DNA of 64,000 bases from an uncultured Bacteroidales bacterium. GTDB taxonomy: Bacteria; Bacteroidota; Bacteroidia; Bacteroidales; UBA3824. The stretch covers positions 29,975 to 93,974 of the forward strand of contig CAJOJG010000001.1 in NCBI GenBank assembly GCA_905234655.1, written 5' to 3'. The translations under genes were made by a program, and so were the position numbers. Under the pieces are notes generated by a model. It saw only the letters and a program-made list of their open reading frames with translations. It had not been told where the DNA came from and searched no databases. Below are positions 1-9,681 of this stretch, one piece after another. Each line of letters starts with the position of its first letter. Position 1 is the stretch's first letter.

Positions 1-1217
1 CTCAGACTTTTTCTGTAGACGACGGGCTTCTCGGCCGTGCGTACCATGAGAGCCGTGTCATTAATCTCACGGACCTACCGCCGGGCTACATAAAGATTGT
101 CAGCGGACTCGGCGACGCCCAGCCAAACAACCTCATCATTGTCCCGCTTATCTTCAATCAGAAAAACAGCGGCATGATTGAGCTGGCGTCGTTCAAAGTT
201 TTTGAGGAGTACCAGGTTACATTCCTCTCGCGGATTGCCGAGAGTATTGCCTCCGCGATTTCCGGCCTTAAAATCAGCGAGCGTACAGAAACCCTCTTGC
301 AGCGCAGCCAGGAGCAGTCAAAACTCATGAAAATCCAGGAAGTCGAGATGAGGCGCAACCTACAGGAGATGCGCAGGCTTAAGGAAGATGCGGAAACAAA
401 GGATTCCGAGATGCGCGGTCTTGTCCGTGCGGTGGACTCTACGTCGCTCGTCACGCAATACGACAAGGACGGCACAATCCTGCATGTCAACTCCAAAATG
501 CTCGACTTGATGCAGATGTCAGAGGAAGAACTCGTCGGGCGCAACCACGCGGATATTTCGTCCTTCAAGCCCAATGACAAGAATTACCGAAAGTTTTGGG
601 AAGACCTGCGCCACGGTCAGACGCGAAGCCTCGTGGAATCCATTAACAACAAGTCCAAGACTGTGTGGATTTCGGAGACCTTCTCGCCCATTACCGACGA
701 CAAGGGCACTGTCCTCAAAATCATCAACATCGGCATGGACATCACCGAGACAAAGGTCATGGAACGCCAGCTCCGCCTCCAAGAGCGCGAAATCAACCGT
801 CAGATGGACAAGATGAACGAGAAGGAGAAGGAACTCGCCGAAAAGCAAAAATACATCGAGGAGCGCGAGATGGAGATGAAGTCGCTTGTGAAGGCCATGG
901 ACTCGTTCGTCATAAAGGTCGAGTTCAGCCGCAGGGGTGTGATTGTGTCCGCCAACACATTCTTCTATACCCTCATGAACCTCACAGACGCGGACGTCAT
1001 CAACCGCGACTTCACGGAGTTCATCGCCCCGGAGTTTGTCACGCCGTTTACGACGACGCTCACGATGGTCAGCGCGGGCAGGGAGCAGCACGAGAATTTC
1101 AAACTAAGCACCTCCGCCTCGCAGACTTTCCCGATCAGCGCAAACCTGTTCCCGATGCAGAACTCGAAGGGCGACGTGGAGAAAATACTTTTAATGGCAA
1201 CTGTTATCAGCGCATAG
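1..1217 (+). CDS. GAF-PAS-PAS sensory protein, 5' end outside the window; no output domain visible in the C-terminal part
   Basis: Frame 3 is open from base 3. The sequence upstream of Met174 reads GLLGRAYHESRVINLTDLPPGYIKIVSGLGDAQPNNLIIVPLIFNQKNSGMIELASF, a GAF C-terminal half. It is followed by a charged coiled coil and two PAS-like blocks (VTQYDKDGTILHVNSKMLDLMQMSEEELVGRNH; IKVEFSRRGVIVSANTFFYTLMNL). Confidence 0.75.
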   Translation, partial: QTFSVDDGLLGRAYHESRVINLTDLPPGYIKIVSGLGDAQPNNLIIVPLIFNQKNSGMIELASFKVFEEYQVTFLSRIAESIASAISGLKISERTETLLQRSQEQSKLMKIQEVEMRRNLQEMRRLKEDAETKDSEMRGLVRAVDSTSLVTQYDKDGTILHVNSKMLDLMQMSEEELVGRNHADISSFKPNDKNYRKFWEDLRHGQTRSLVESINNKSKTVWISETFSPITDDKGTVLKIINIGMDITETKVMERQLRLQEREINRQMDKMNEKEKELAEKQKYIEEREMEMKSLVKAMDSFVIKVEFSRRGVIVSANTFFYTLMNLTDADVINRDFTEFIAPEFVTPFTTTLTMVSAGREQHENFKLSTSASQTFPISANLFPMQNSKGDVEKILLMATVISA

Positions 1218-1229
1218 GAGATTATCATT

Positions 1230-3656
1230 ATGGCACAAAATATAAAAAATCGGCTTAAGACGATACTGGGACGCTCGTATGACTTCTACATAGTGTACGC
1301 TGTGGCCAGTCTCGTGGTCGTCATGCTCATTGCCCTCGTCATAGGGCTTGTCGGTCGCGCTAATAAAATATCCGAGTTCAAGCAGACGGTGCGTGAAAGC
1401 TCCGTGAATGTCGCTAACACGCTCGAGGAGTCCATAATGTCCGAAATCGAGACGCTCCATAAACTCTCGCTGTGGTTTGTCCAAATCGGCAATCCCGAAC
1501 TTCACTATACTGTCCAGCGCGAGCAGGCGACGGTCATCCTTCAGGAGACCATTTCCGCCGAACCCGACATGAAGACGCTCTACATGGTCTGGGAACCGAA
1601 CATCTTCGACGGCCAGGACGAGGAATATGCCTTTACGCAGTACCATGACAGCACGGGAAGGTTTGTGCCGAAGTTTGAGAAGCTCGCCGACGGTCTTGTC
1701 GAGCAGGACATGATTAGGAATTACAATGACAATACAGATGTCGATTCGTACTATTATATAAAGTCGAAGAAAAACGTTTTTATCCAGGAACCGAGGATTA
1801 TCCGCGAGAGCGCAAAGAACCTGTTGATAATGCCGGTCGTGTACCCGTTGCATTTCGGCACGAAGCTCTTGGGCGTCATCGGCGCGGATTTCGTCATCAA
1901 CAACCTCAACCAAAGGCTCGGCGCGGTCAATAAGCCCGACGGTTGCCAGCTTGTGGTGTTCTCCTCAAGCGGAAAGGTCGCCGTGTCGCCTGAAAAGACA
2001 CTGCTCATCGGCCGCAGCCTCGAGGCTGTGCTCGGCGGCTCGTCGGACTTCTATTACATAAAGTTCCGTCGCGGCGAGGAGTTTGAGCAGACGGACGACG
2101 ACGCTTACATAACGACCCACACATGCGACTTGAAGGAAGTCAGCGCGCATTTTAACGTGTGCATGATTTGTGACAAGGACGCGATGAACGCCGAGGGCAA
2201 CAGAGTGCTGCTGCGCTCGATGCTGTCGGGATTGGTCGTGTATGTGCTGCTGGTGCTTATGATTCTGTCGTTCCGCTGGTACTACGGCTCGCAGGTGACA
2301 TCGCTCACGGCAAAGGGCAAGAACCTCGCCAATGTCGACAAGGAATATCCCGTCGCCGGACGTTTCTACGTGCCGGAGTTGAAAAGGCTTGACGACATAC
2401 TTTATAATTACCACCGGACATTCGTCAAGATCCGCGACCTCAACCGTGAGATTGAGTCGTACCGCTACGACGAGCAGCTGGACACCCTTCCGGCAAGCAA
2501 CAAGTTCCAGCAGTCGTACAACAACATGCTCGACACCCTGCGCCGCATCGCCCAGTCGGAGAACGACCGAAAGACGAAGGAGGAGACCGCCAACTGGATT
2601 GCGCAGGGCATCGCCGCCATCAACGAGGCCATGCGCATCGGCTCCAATAAAGTAGACGTCCTTTCCCAAAATATCCTGATGACTTTGGTGAGGTACATGA
2701 AAGCTGTGCTCGGCGGGCTGTACATCTACACTAAGGAGGACGACGGCGAATACCTGACGCTTAACGCCGCAGTGTCGCTTAACCAGAAAAGGGCTGTGAG
2801 GATTAAGATTCAGAAAGGCGTGGGGCTTGTCGGCACGTGCGCCGTGGAGAAGATGCCGATATTCCTTAACAAACTCCCCGACGACTATATCGACGTGTTC
2901 TCCGGGCTTGGAAAGTCAAAGCCGAGGACATTGGCGATTTTGCCGATGATGTATGACAACGACCTCGTGGCGATAATCGAGATTGCATTCCTTAACGAGC
3001 TTCAGCCGCATGAAATCGAACTCCTCAACTCTGTTTCGCCGACCATCGCGAGCGCGCTTGTGACTGTCAGGATTAACGAACAGACCGAGCAGCTTATGAA
3101 GCAGTTCCGCTCCCAGGCCGACACCCTCGCCCAAAACGAGAAGCAGATGACCGAGAACATCGAGAAGTTGAAGGAGGAGCAGAACCGCTCGATGGAGCGC
3201 GAGCTTGAGATGAAGGGACTTATCGGCGCGGTGAATAACTCGATGCTTACCCTCGAGTTCACACCGACTGGTGTGCTTCTCGACGCTAACGACAAGTTCC
3301 TGAAGATAATGCACTATGACAAGGCGGAACTCCAGGGTGTCAATATCTGCGATGTTAACCCGCAATGCGCCAAAGAGTTGGAGTACATGCTCTCTCAGGT
3401 CAACAGTGGCAAGTTCTACGAGAAGGAGACCCAGCGTACAGCGAAGAATGGCGAGGTAAGGTGGCTATGGGCTACTTACACGCCATATTATGACAATAAT
3501 GGCAACATCACAAAAATCCTGTACCTCGCCACTGACGTTACTGAATACAAGAAGGCGCAAGACCAGCTCTCCGAGAACATCAAGGACTACGAGAAGCGTT
3601 TGCACAAGATGAGGGTGGAAATCGCAAGTATGCGCAACGAGAAAAAGAACGAATAA
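1230..3656 (+). CDS. Membrane sensor protein: Cache-like extracytoplasmic domain, TM helix, HAMP-like linker, GAF, coiled coil, PAS; no kinase, cyclase or DNA-binding output recognised
   Basis: 808-aa ORF with an ATG start 12 nt after the upstream stop. There is an N-terminal TM helix (IVYAVASLVVVMLIALVIGLV) and a second TM helix (LSGLVVYVLLVLMILSF). The GAF block VGLVGTCAVEKMPIFLNKLPDDYIDVFSGLGKSKPRTLAILPMMYDNDLVAIIEIAF parallels the upstream gene. The PAS block is LTLEFTPTGVLLDANDKFLKIMHYDKAELQG...GEVRWLWATYTPYYDNNGNITKILYLATDVTEYKKA. Confidence 0.8.
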   Translation: MAQNIKNRLKTILGRSYDFYIVYAVASLVVVMLIALVIGLVGRANKISEFKQTVRESSVNVANTLEESIMSEIETLHKLSLWFVQIGNPELHYTVQREQATVILQETISAEPDMKTLYMVWEPNIFDGQDEEYAFTQYHDSTGRFVPKFEKLADGLVEQDMIRNYNDNTDVDSYYYIKSKKNVFIQEPRIIRESAKNLLIMPVVYPLHFGTKLLGVIGADFVINNLNQRLGAVNKPDGCQLVVFSSSGKVAVSPEKTLLIGRSLEAVLGGSSDFYYIKFRRGEEFEQTDDDAYITTHTCDLKEVSAHFNVCMICDKDAMNAEGNRVLLRSMLSGLVVYVLLVLMILSFRWYYGSQVTSLTAKGKNLANVDKEYPVAGRFYVPELKRLDDILYNYHRTFVKIRDLNREIESYRYDEQLDTLPASNKFQQSYNNMLDTLRRIAQSENDRKTKEETANWIAQGIAAINEAMRIGSNKVDVLSQNILMTLVRYMKAVLGGLYIYTKEDDGEYLTLNAAVSLNQKRAVRIKIQKGVGLVGTCAVEKMPIFLNKLPDDYIDVFSGLGKSKPRTLAILPMMYDNDLVAIIEIAFLNELQPHEIELLNSVSPTIASALVTVRINEQTEQLMKQFRSQADTLAQNEKQMTENIEKLKEEQNRSMERELEMKGLIGAVNNSMLTLEFTPTGVLLDANDKFLKIMHYDKAELQGVNICDVNPQCAKELEYMLSQVNSGKFYEKETQRTAKNGEVRWLWATYTPYYDNNGNITKILYLATDVTEYKKAQDQLSENIKDYEKRLHKMRVEIASMRNEKKNE

Positions 3657-3689
3657 AAAACACTGTCAACAACATAAAAAAGAACAAAC

Positions 3690-4448
3690 ATGTATTGCAG
3701 AAACTGTGGAAACATTGTGGCAGGCAATGCCACCGTATGTCAAAGTTGTGGATTCGATCCGTATGACGGCAGCAACTATTGTCCAAACTGTGGGCATTTT
3801 TGTATCCCCGGTGACATCGAGTGCATCCAGTGCAAGGCTCCACTCCTGTCATCCCGACCGTCCCGGCCGTCTCCGCAGCCTGAGCCTCAGCAACAGAAGA
3901 CCGTGACCACCAATGTCGGCCCCAAATTCCTGTCCGACAACCAAAGGTACTGCCGGAACTGCGGGCTTGTGATACCTGCCGACGCGAGGAACTGCCCGTT
4001 CTGCGATTCTGCCGCCGGGTCCAATTATTGCCAAAAGTGCGGCTCCGGCACGACATCGGCGGACACAGTATGCTCCGTGTGCTCGTCGCCGTTGACAGTA
4101 AGGGCCGGCGCGAATTACATTCCGTCGCCGCCGCCTGTCTCCCAGCAGCGCACCACGAGTTCCAGCTCCAATCAACGCAGCCCATACACGCCGCCGTCGT
4201 CAAGCAACTATGGCTATCGTAACGACAGCGGCGAGATAGAAACGTGCGACTGGTTGATAACGTTGCTCCTGTGCTTCTTCCTCGGCTACCTGGGCATACA
4301 TAGGTTCTACACGAAAAACTATGTCGCCGGCGTTTTGCAACTAATCTCCGGCGGCGGGTGTGGCGTATGGTGGATTATCGATTTGGTAATGATTCTCACC
4401 GACAGTTACACCGACGGCAACGGCAACAAGCTCAGACGAACATTCTGA
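3690..4448 (+). CDS. Multi-zinc-ribbon / TM2 domain membrane protein
   Basis: Four CxxC...CxxC zinc-ribbon units (YCRNCG...CQSCG, YCPNCG...CIQCK, YCRNCG...CPFCD, YCQKCG...CSVCS). These are followed by a P/S-rich linker and a C-terminal two-helix TM2-like block (LLLCFFLGYLGIHRFYTKNYVAGVLQLISGGGCGVWWIIDLVMILTD). Confidence 0.8.
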   Translation: MYCRNCGNIVAGNATVCQSCGFDPYDGSNYCPNCGHFCIPGDIECIQCKAPLLSSRPSRPSPQPEPQQQKTVTTNVGPKFLSDNQRYCRNCGLVIPADARNCPFCDSAAGSNYCQKCGSGTTSADTVCSVCSSPLTVRAGANYIPSPPPVSQQRTTSSSSNQRSPYTPPSSSNYGYRNDSGEIETCDWLITLLLCFFLGYLGIHRFYTKNYVAGVLQLISGGGCGVWWIIDLVMILTDSYTDGNGNKLRRTF

Positions 4449-4489
4449 TGCCGTTTCCACCCTCAAAAACAACATTGTAAAAACCAACC

Positions 4490-5563
4490 ATGACAATCAC
4501 CATAAAAATCGGTTCCAACGTCTTGACACAAGCCGACGGCATGCTCCACGTAGAGCGCATGGGCAGCCTTGTGAAAGAGATTGCCGACCTGCACAGGGAC
4601 CATCACCGTGTAATCCTCGTTACGTCGGGCGCGGTGGCGGCGGGGCGCAGCATGGCAAAAGACTACCAAAGCCTCGACCCCGTCTCGCAACGCCAGCTCC
4701 TCTCGAGCATCGGGCAAGTGAAACTGATAGACACATACAAGAAACTCTTTGACCAGTACGGCATCAGCATCGGCCAAATCCTCGTTACCAAACAGGACTT
4801 CCGCACACGCGAGCATTACCTCAACATGCGCAACTGCATCTCGACGCTCTGGGACAGCGGCGTGATTCCCGTCGTCAACGAAAACGACACGGTGTCCGTC
4901 ACGGCGTTGATGTTCACCGACAACGACGAACTCTCCGGCCTCCTCGCATCAATGATGGACTGTCAAAAACTCTTCATCCTCAGCAACATCGACGGCATCT
5001 ACAACGGCGACCCCAAGTCTCCTGATTCGTATGTGATAAGCGAGATAACGCCCCGCACCAACGTCGCCCAGTACGTCCAGACCACCAAGTCAAATTTTGG
5101 ACGCGGTGGCATGTTGACCAAGTGTCGCATTGCACGCAAGACCGCCGATTCGGGCATCGATGTGTATATCGCCAACGGCACACGACCGCAGGTGATAACG
5201 AGCCTTGCCAATGGCGACAAGGATTTTGTATGCACCCATTTCACCGCCGGCGACCGCAGCCCCGCCATCAAAAAATGGATTGCCTACTCCGACGGCTTCA
5301 CCAAGGCGACCGTCATCGTCAACCGAGGCGCGGCGGCGGCACTCCTCGACCACAGCCGCGCGGCAAGCCTCCTCCATCCGGGCATCGTGAGAATAGAAGG
5401 CGAGTTTAAGAAAGACGACCTCCTCCTCATCAAGGACGAGGACGGACGGACCATCGGCGTAGGCCGCGTCTCCATCGACAAAGACCGCCTTACAAAACTC
5501 GGCTCGCAGCACCATTCAAAACCCATAATCCACTACGATTACCTTTACATCTATCCCGAATAA
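4490..5563 (+). CDS. proB: Glutamate 5-kinase with C-terminal PUA domain
   Basis: 357 aa. It shows the amino-acid kinase signature VILVTSGAVAAGR and NENDTVSV, plus a C-terminal PUA-like segment. Its stop overlaps the proA start (TAATG). Confidence 0.93.
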   Translation: MTITIKIGSNVLTQADGMLHVERMGSLVKEIADLHRDHHRVILVTSGAVAAGRSMAKDYQSLDPVSQRQLLSSIGQVKLIDTYKKLFDQYGISIGQILVTKQDFRTREHYLNMRNCISTLWDSGVIPVVNENDTVSVTALMFTDNDELSGLLASMMDCQKLFILSNIDGIYNGDPKSPDSYVISEITPRTNVAQYVQTTKSNFGRGGMLTKCRIARKTADSGIDVYIANGTRPQVITSLANGDKDFVCTHFTAGDRSPAIKKWIAYSDGFTKATVIVNRGAAAALLDHSRAASLLHPGIVRIEGEFKKDDLLLIKDEDGRTIGVGRVSIDKDRLTKLGSQHHSKPIIHYDYLYIYPE

Positions 5564-6810
5564 TGAAAACCCAACAGCAACTCTCGGCGGCGAAGGAAGC
5601 CGCCCGCAAGACAGGCACGCTTTCGGACGCACAGTCCGCCAAAATACTCAACGAAATCGCTGACGCACTCGTCGCCAACAAGGATTCTATCATCGCCGCC
5701 AACCAAAAGGATCTCGCGCGAATGGATCCCGCCAATCCGATGTACGACCGCCTGACGATAGATTCCACGCGCATCGACGGCATGGCTGCCGACACCCGCA
5801 ACGTCGCCACGCTCCCCGTGCCATACGGCGAAGTCATCGAGCAACGCACAATGTCCAACGGCCTGACGCTCAAGAAGGTGCGCGTCCCTCTTGGCGTAGT
5901 TGGCGTCATATATGAGGCGCGTCCCAATGTAACGGTAGATGTGGTTTCGCTCTGCCTACGCTCCGGCAACGCCGTAGTATTGAAAGGCGGCAGCGATGCC
6001 AAGGATTCCAATGCCGTACTCGTTGATATTATTCACAATGTGCTCAAAAACAACGGAATAGACCCCGACATCATCCAACTCCTGCCCCCTGAGCGCGAAG
6101 CCGCCACAGAGCTTATGAATGCCGTCGGCTACATTGACGTCCTGATTCCTCGTGGCTCCAAGGGGCTCATCAACGCCGTCCGAGACAATGCCAAAGTGCC
6201 TGTCATAGAGACCGGCGCGGGCGTTGTCCATACATATTTCGACAAGGCTGCCAATCTCGATATGGGACGCGCCGTCATCACCAACGCCAAGACCCGCCGC
6301 GTGAGCGTCTGCAACGCCCTCGACTGCTTGATAATCCACAGCGACCGCCTTGCCGACCTGCCTGCGCTTTGCACAGACCTCGCCGCCAAGAACGTAGAAA
6401 TCCTCGCCGATGCCCGTTCATACGCTGCCCTCGATGGACGTTATGCCGCATCGTTGAAACACGCTGAAGAATCCGATTTCGGACGCGAATTTCAGGCGTT
6501 GAGGATGGCTATCAAGACCGTTGACAGCATTGATGAGGCTCTCGACCACATTTATAAATACAGCAGCAAACATTCCGAGGCTATCATCACCGACGACGCC
6601 AATGCCGCCGAACGATTCCTCAATGCCGTTGACGCCGCTTGTTGCTATCTCAATACAAGCACAGCCTTCACCGACGGCGCACAATTTGGACTTGGCGCAG
6701 AAATCGGCATTAGCACCCAAAAACTCCACGCCCGTGGCCCCATGGGCTTGAAGGAATTGACCACGTATAAGTGGAAGATTTTTGGCAATGGACAGACGAG
6801 GAGCGCGTAA
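5563..6810 (+). CDS. proA: Gamma-glutamyl phosphate reductase
   Basis: 415 aa of the aldehyde-dehydrogenase fold, with GVIYEARPNVTVD and NTSTAFTDG motifs typical of ProA. It is translationally coupled to proB. Confidence 0.93.
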   Translation: MKTQQQLSAAKEAARKTGTLSDAQSAKILNEIADALVANKDSIIAANQKDLARMDPANPMYDRLTIDSTRIDGMAADTRNVATLPVPYGEVIEQRTMSNGLTLKKVRVPLGVVGVIYEARPNVTVDVVSLCLRSGNAVVLKGGSDAKDSNAVLVDIIHNVLKNNGIDPDIIQLLPPEREAATELMNAVGYIDVLIPRGSKGLINAVRDNAKVPVIETGAGVVHTYFDKAANLDMGRAVITNAKTRRVSVCNALDCLIIHSDRLADLPALCTDLAAKNVEILADARSYAALDGRYAASLKHAEESDFGREFQALRMAIKTVDSIDEALDHIYKYSSKHSEAIITDDANAAERFLNAVDAACCYLNTSTAFTDGAQFGLGAEIGISTQKLHARGPMGLKELTTYKWKIFGNGQTRSA

Positions 6811-6835
6811 GCGGTTTGTTACTGCAAAAATAACG

Positions 6836-6883
6836 AAAACGGCATTAGCTTCAGTTGATTTGGAGAGAAGCTAATGCCGTTTT
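6836..6883. terminator. Bidirectional intrinsic terminator between convergent proA and the HAD lipoprotein gene
   Basis: Perfect 17-bp stem AAAACGGCATTAGCTTC / GAAGCTAATGCCGTTTT (6836-6852 and 6867-6883). It is preceded by an A-run and followed by a T-run. Confidence 0.8.
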
Positions 6884-6911
6884 GTTTGTGTTATCTTTGT
6901 GATAGTGTGCG

Positions 6912-7997
6912 CTATTTGGTGTCAAATGTAAAATCCACTTTCTCTACGCCGTCGCCGTAGATGGTGCGGAAATCGTCCTTCATAGAGATTACATGGTAGC
7001 CTGCCTTGCGCCAATCTTCGCCGAGGGAGAGAGCCTTGTCGCGGTTGGCGTGGTCGCGCACGTCGTCGTCGGCGATGAGCATGAATGCCGCCGAACGGTA
7101 TGTGTTGCTCAGGCAATAGTTGTGCATGGCGCAATCGCCGCCGCTGTTGCCAAATGACAGTACCGGCACTTTGCCAATTTCTTGGGTTATCTGGAGAACC
7201 TTGTTGGTTTTCAGGTTTTTGATGATGAGTTCGTCGGTACGGACGAGGTTTTCCTCTGATGCCATCGTGTAGTTGACACCTTCTGCGTCGCCTTGGTTGG
7301 TGGATGTGAGTTTTACGTCCATGCCGATTACGCGGTTTGGCTCGATGCCTATCTCGTCCACAAGCGCGCGGCAGATGAATCTGTCGGAGCCAGATACTAC
7401 GTAGCATGTGAATCCGTTGTCCTTGAGGTAGTCGAATACTTGGAGCATCGGCAGGTAAAAGCTCTGGCTGTATGTCATGCCCTTGAATCCGTTGGCGTTG
7501 TTTTTTGCGTAGGATTTCACGTAAGAGTCAAATTCGGCGATGGTCATTCCTGCGTATGCTTTGGCGGCGGCCTGGGCGTGCTTCATATCGAAGTGCGCTG
7601 GCAGCGCGGTGCCTTGACGCACAAAATCCCTGATTTCTTGTGCAGCTTCCTTTACATCGGCTGGCGCCTGGTCCTTGTAGGCGTCGTCGTCGAGGGCGCG
7701 GTATTCAAGCAAGTTGTATTCGAAGTAGGTGGGGTAGAGTTCGCCTACGAAAGTGCCGTCCATGTCAAATGTGGCTATGCGGTCTTCTTGCTTGATGAAA
7801 TTTTTGGAGTTTTGGTTGGTAACGTCCTCCACGTATTCCTTCAGTGCCGAGAGCGCGTCGCAGTTGTTCCACAGCGTGAAGTATTCTTTGCGGTCGATGG
7901 TGGTGTGGTCGTCGTTGCTGTCATTGTCGTCGGAGCAGCCACAAAACATGCTGACTAATACGATGATCAGTGGAAAAAGTATGTTTTTCTGTTTCAT
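6912..7997 (-). CDS. HAD-superfamily hydrolase lipoprotein, probably surface exposed
   Basis: Lipobox LVSMFCGC followed by SDDNDSNDD. HAD motif I is FDMDGTF, motif II is YVVSGSD and motif IV is FGNSGGDCAM. Confidence 0.75.
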   Translation of the reverse strand: MKQKNILFPLIIVLVSMFCGCSDDNDSNDDHTTIDRKEYFTLWNNCDALSALKEYVEDVTNQNSKNFIKQEDRIATFDMDGTFVGELYPTYFEYNLLEYRALDDDAYKDQAPADVKEAAQEIRDFVRQGTALPAHFDMKHAQAAAKAYAGMTIAEFDSYVKSYAKNNANGFKGMTYSQSFYLPMLQVFDYLKDNGFTCYVVSGSDRFICRALVDEIGIEPNRVIGMDVKLTSTNQGDAEGVNYTMASEENLVRTDELIIKNLKTNKVLQITQEIGKVPVLSFGNSGGDCAMHNYCLSNTYRSAAFMLIADDDVRDHANRDKALSLGEDWRKAGYHVISMKDDFRTIYGDGVEKVDFTFDTK

Positions 7998-8118
7998 TGG
8001 TTTTTATTATTTAATGAGTTATGTGAAAAAGTTGTGCAAAATTATTCATTATTCGTTTTGCCGCAAAGTTTTTTTTAGAAGTTTAATCATTATTTCATAC
8101 TCTGATATCTTTATTATC

Positions 8119-8163
8119 ATAATCTGCGGAATCTGCCAAAAAAAACGAGATTCCGCAGATTAT
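8119..8163. repeat. 45-bp palindromic element, copy 1 (ATAATCTGCGGAATCT-N13-AGATTCCGCAGATTAT)
   Basis: Perfect 16-bp inverted repeat with the A-rich loop GCCAAAAAAAACG. It begins 4 nt beyond the stop codon (8168-8170) of the ATPase gene. Confidence 0.95.
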
Positions 8164-8167
8164 ATTT

Positions 8168-9583
8168 TTATTTGAACAGGTCGGCGGCTGTGATTTCGTT
8201 TTGGATTTCGCCGTAGTGGGCGTTTTTTGCAAGTCCAAAGGTGGTTATCATTACCAGGTGGACGGTGTTGGTGGTTTGTGTAATTGATTGATATACTGTT
8301 TTTTTTCGGTGCAGGTTGTCCATGTATTCGGTGGTGATGGAATATTCGTCGCTTGAATATTTGATTTCGCAGATGTCGGTGATGCCGTCGTTTCGGGTTA
8401 TCAGAAGGTCGATTTGTGCGCCCGGGATGCCGTTTTTGGCGTGGTTGCGCCAGGCGTTTTCTGTGGTCGCCACGCCGCTGATGCCGAGTGCCGCTTTAAT
8501 TTGCGAGATGTGCCACAGGCAGACGCGCTCAAAGGCAAGTCCGCACCAAGTGTTGTATTTGGTTTTGCCTTGCATGGACTGCCAGAAGTTGGTGCTGCGC
8601 TTGTTGCCCTTCACAAACGAATAATAAAATACTGTATAGTTGTCAATCAGTTGATATACAGCGTCTTTAACTGTCTTGCCCGTGGTGTTGTACGAGCGGA
8701 TGAAGCCGCACCATTCGAGGTCTGCAAGTAGGTCGGAAAATGCGCCGTTGTCGTCGAATTTGCCTGATGTGATGAGTTCTTGGCGTGTCATTCCGTAGTT
8801 TTTGTCGGCCAAAATCGAGATGACTTTGATGTATGGCTCTGGTTTTTTGAAGAGAGAGGCGTATAACATCTCAAACTCGTCGTACAAGTCGCCATCTTCC
8901 GAAAATATCAGTCTGTCAACCTCTTGCGCAATGCTTGCACCTTTTTTTAGCAGGCTCCAGTAATATGGAATGCCGCCAAAAATCATGTATGCTTCGAGTA
9001 TTTGCCGTTGGGACAGTTCGATGCCGTTGCGGGATGCAAGGTCGCTACATAGTTTTAGCGTAAATGGCTTTAATGCAATGCGTTGCGTGAGGCGGTTGTG
9101 CAATCCGCCTTTGTTTTTGATGATTTTTTTCACCATCCATGACGTCGCGCTGCCGCATACCACAAGCACGATGTCTTTTCTTGCCGACGCCCATCCGTTC
9201 CAAAATGCCTCCAATTCCGGCAAGAAGCCTGATTTCGGTGTGTCGAGCCACGGAAGTTCGTCGAGGAAAATTACCTTTTTGCCGCCATCTTTTTGATTTA
9301 TAAGGCGTTTGAGCATACTGAACGCTTCAAGCCACGAATGTATTGTGGCCGGGGAATCCTTCAGCCCTTGTTCTTGAAGCGCGACGGCAAACCTTGCTAA
9401 TTGTTGGCGAAGGTTGGTGTGCGCCGCCCCAGTGAATTGAAAATAAAACTGATAGCCGTAACTTTCGCGTATCAGGTAGGTTTTGCCCACCCTGCGACGG
9501 CCGTATACCGCTATAAACTGCGATTCTTCCTTGTTGAGAGCCTCCTGCAACGTGGCTTTTTCTTGTTCTCTTCCTATCAGCAT
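8168..9583 (-). CDS. AAA-ATPase of the archaeal-ATPase/DUF234 type with a C-terminal PD-(D/E)xK-like motif
   Basis: 471 aa. Walker A is VYGRRRVGKTYL and Walker B is VIFLDELPWLD. The C-terminal segment QIDLLITRNDGITDICEIKYS carries a D...ExK motif. It is a clear paralog of the gene at 11266-12690. Confidence 0.85.
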   Translation of the reverse strand: MLIGREQEKATLQEALNKEESQFIAVYGRRRVGKTYLIRESYGYQFYFQFTGAAHTNLRQQLARFAVALQEQGLKDSPATIHSWLEAFSMLKRLINQKDGGKKVIFLDELPWLDTPKSGFLPELEAFWNGWASARKDIVLVVCGSATSWMVKKIIKNKGGLHNRLTQRIALKPFTLKLCSDLASRNGIELSQRQILEAYMIFGGIPYYWSLLKKGASIAQEVDRLIFSEDGDLYDEFEMLYASLFKKPEPYIKVISILADKNYGMTRQELITSGKFDDNGAFSDLLADLEWCGFIRSYNTTGKTVKDAVYQLIDNYTVFYYSFVKGNKRSTNFWQSMQGKTKYNTWCGLAFERVCLWHISQIKAALGISGVATTENAWRNHAKNGIPGAQIDLLITRNDGITDICEIKYSSDEYSITTEYMDNLHRKKTVYQSITQTTNTVHLVMITTFGLAKNAHYGEIQNEITAADLFK

Positions 9584-9603
9584 GGTTGTTGTTTTTTATG
9601 ACG

Positions 9604-9611
9604 CAAATATA
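9604..9611 (-). promoter_or_regulatory. Candidate Bacteroidota -7 box (TATATTTG) for the ATPase gene
   Basis: The minus strand reads TATATTTG 20 nt upstream of the ATG at 9583. No clean -33 TTTG is present; the palindrome copy 2 starts 25 nt further upstream. Confidence 0.45.
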
Positions 9612-9636
9612 ACATTTTTTCCCCTGACCAACAATT

Positions 9637-9681
9637 ATAATCTGCGGAATCTGCCAAAAAAATCGAGATTCCGCAGATTAT
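9637..9681. repeat. 45-bp palindromic element, copy 2
   Basis: Same sequence and orientation as 8119-8163 apart from one A/T change in the loop (GCCAAAAAAATCG). The stem extends to 17 bp (9636-9682). Confidence 0.95.
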
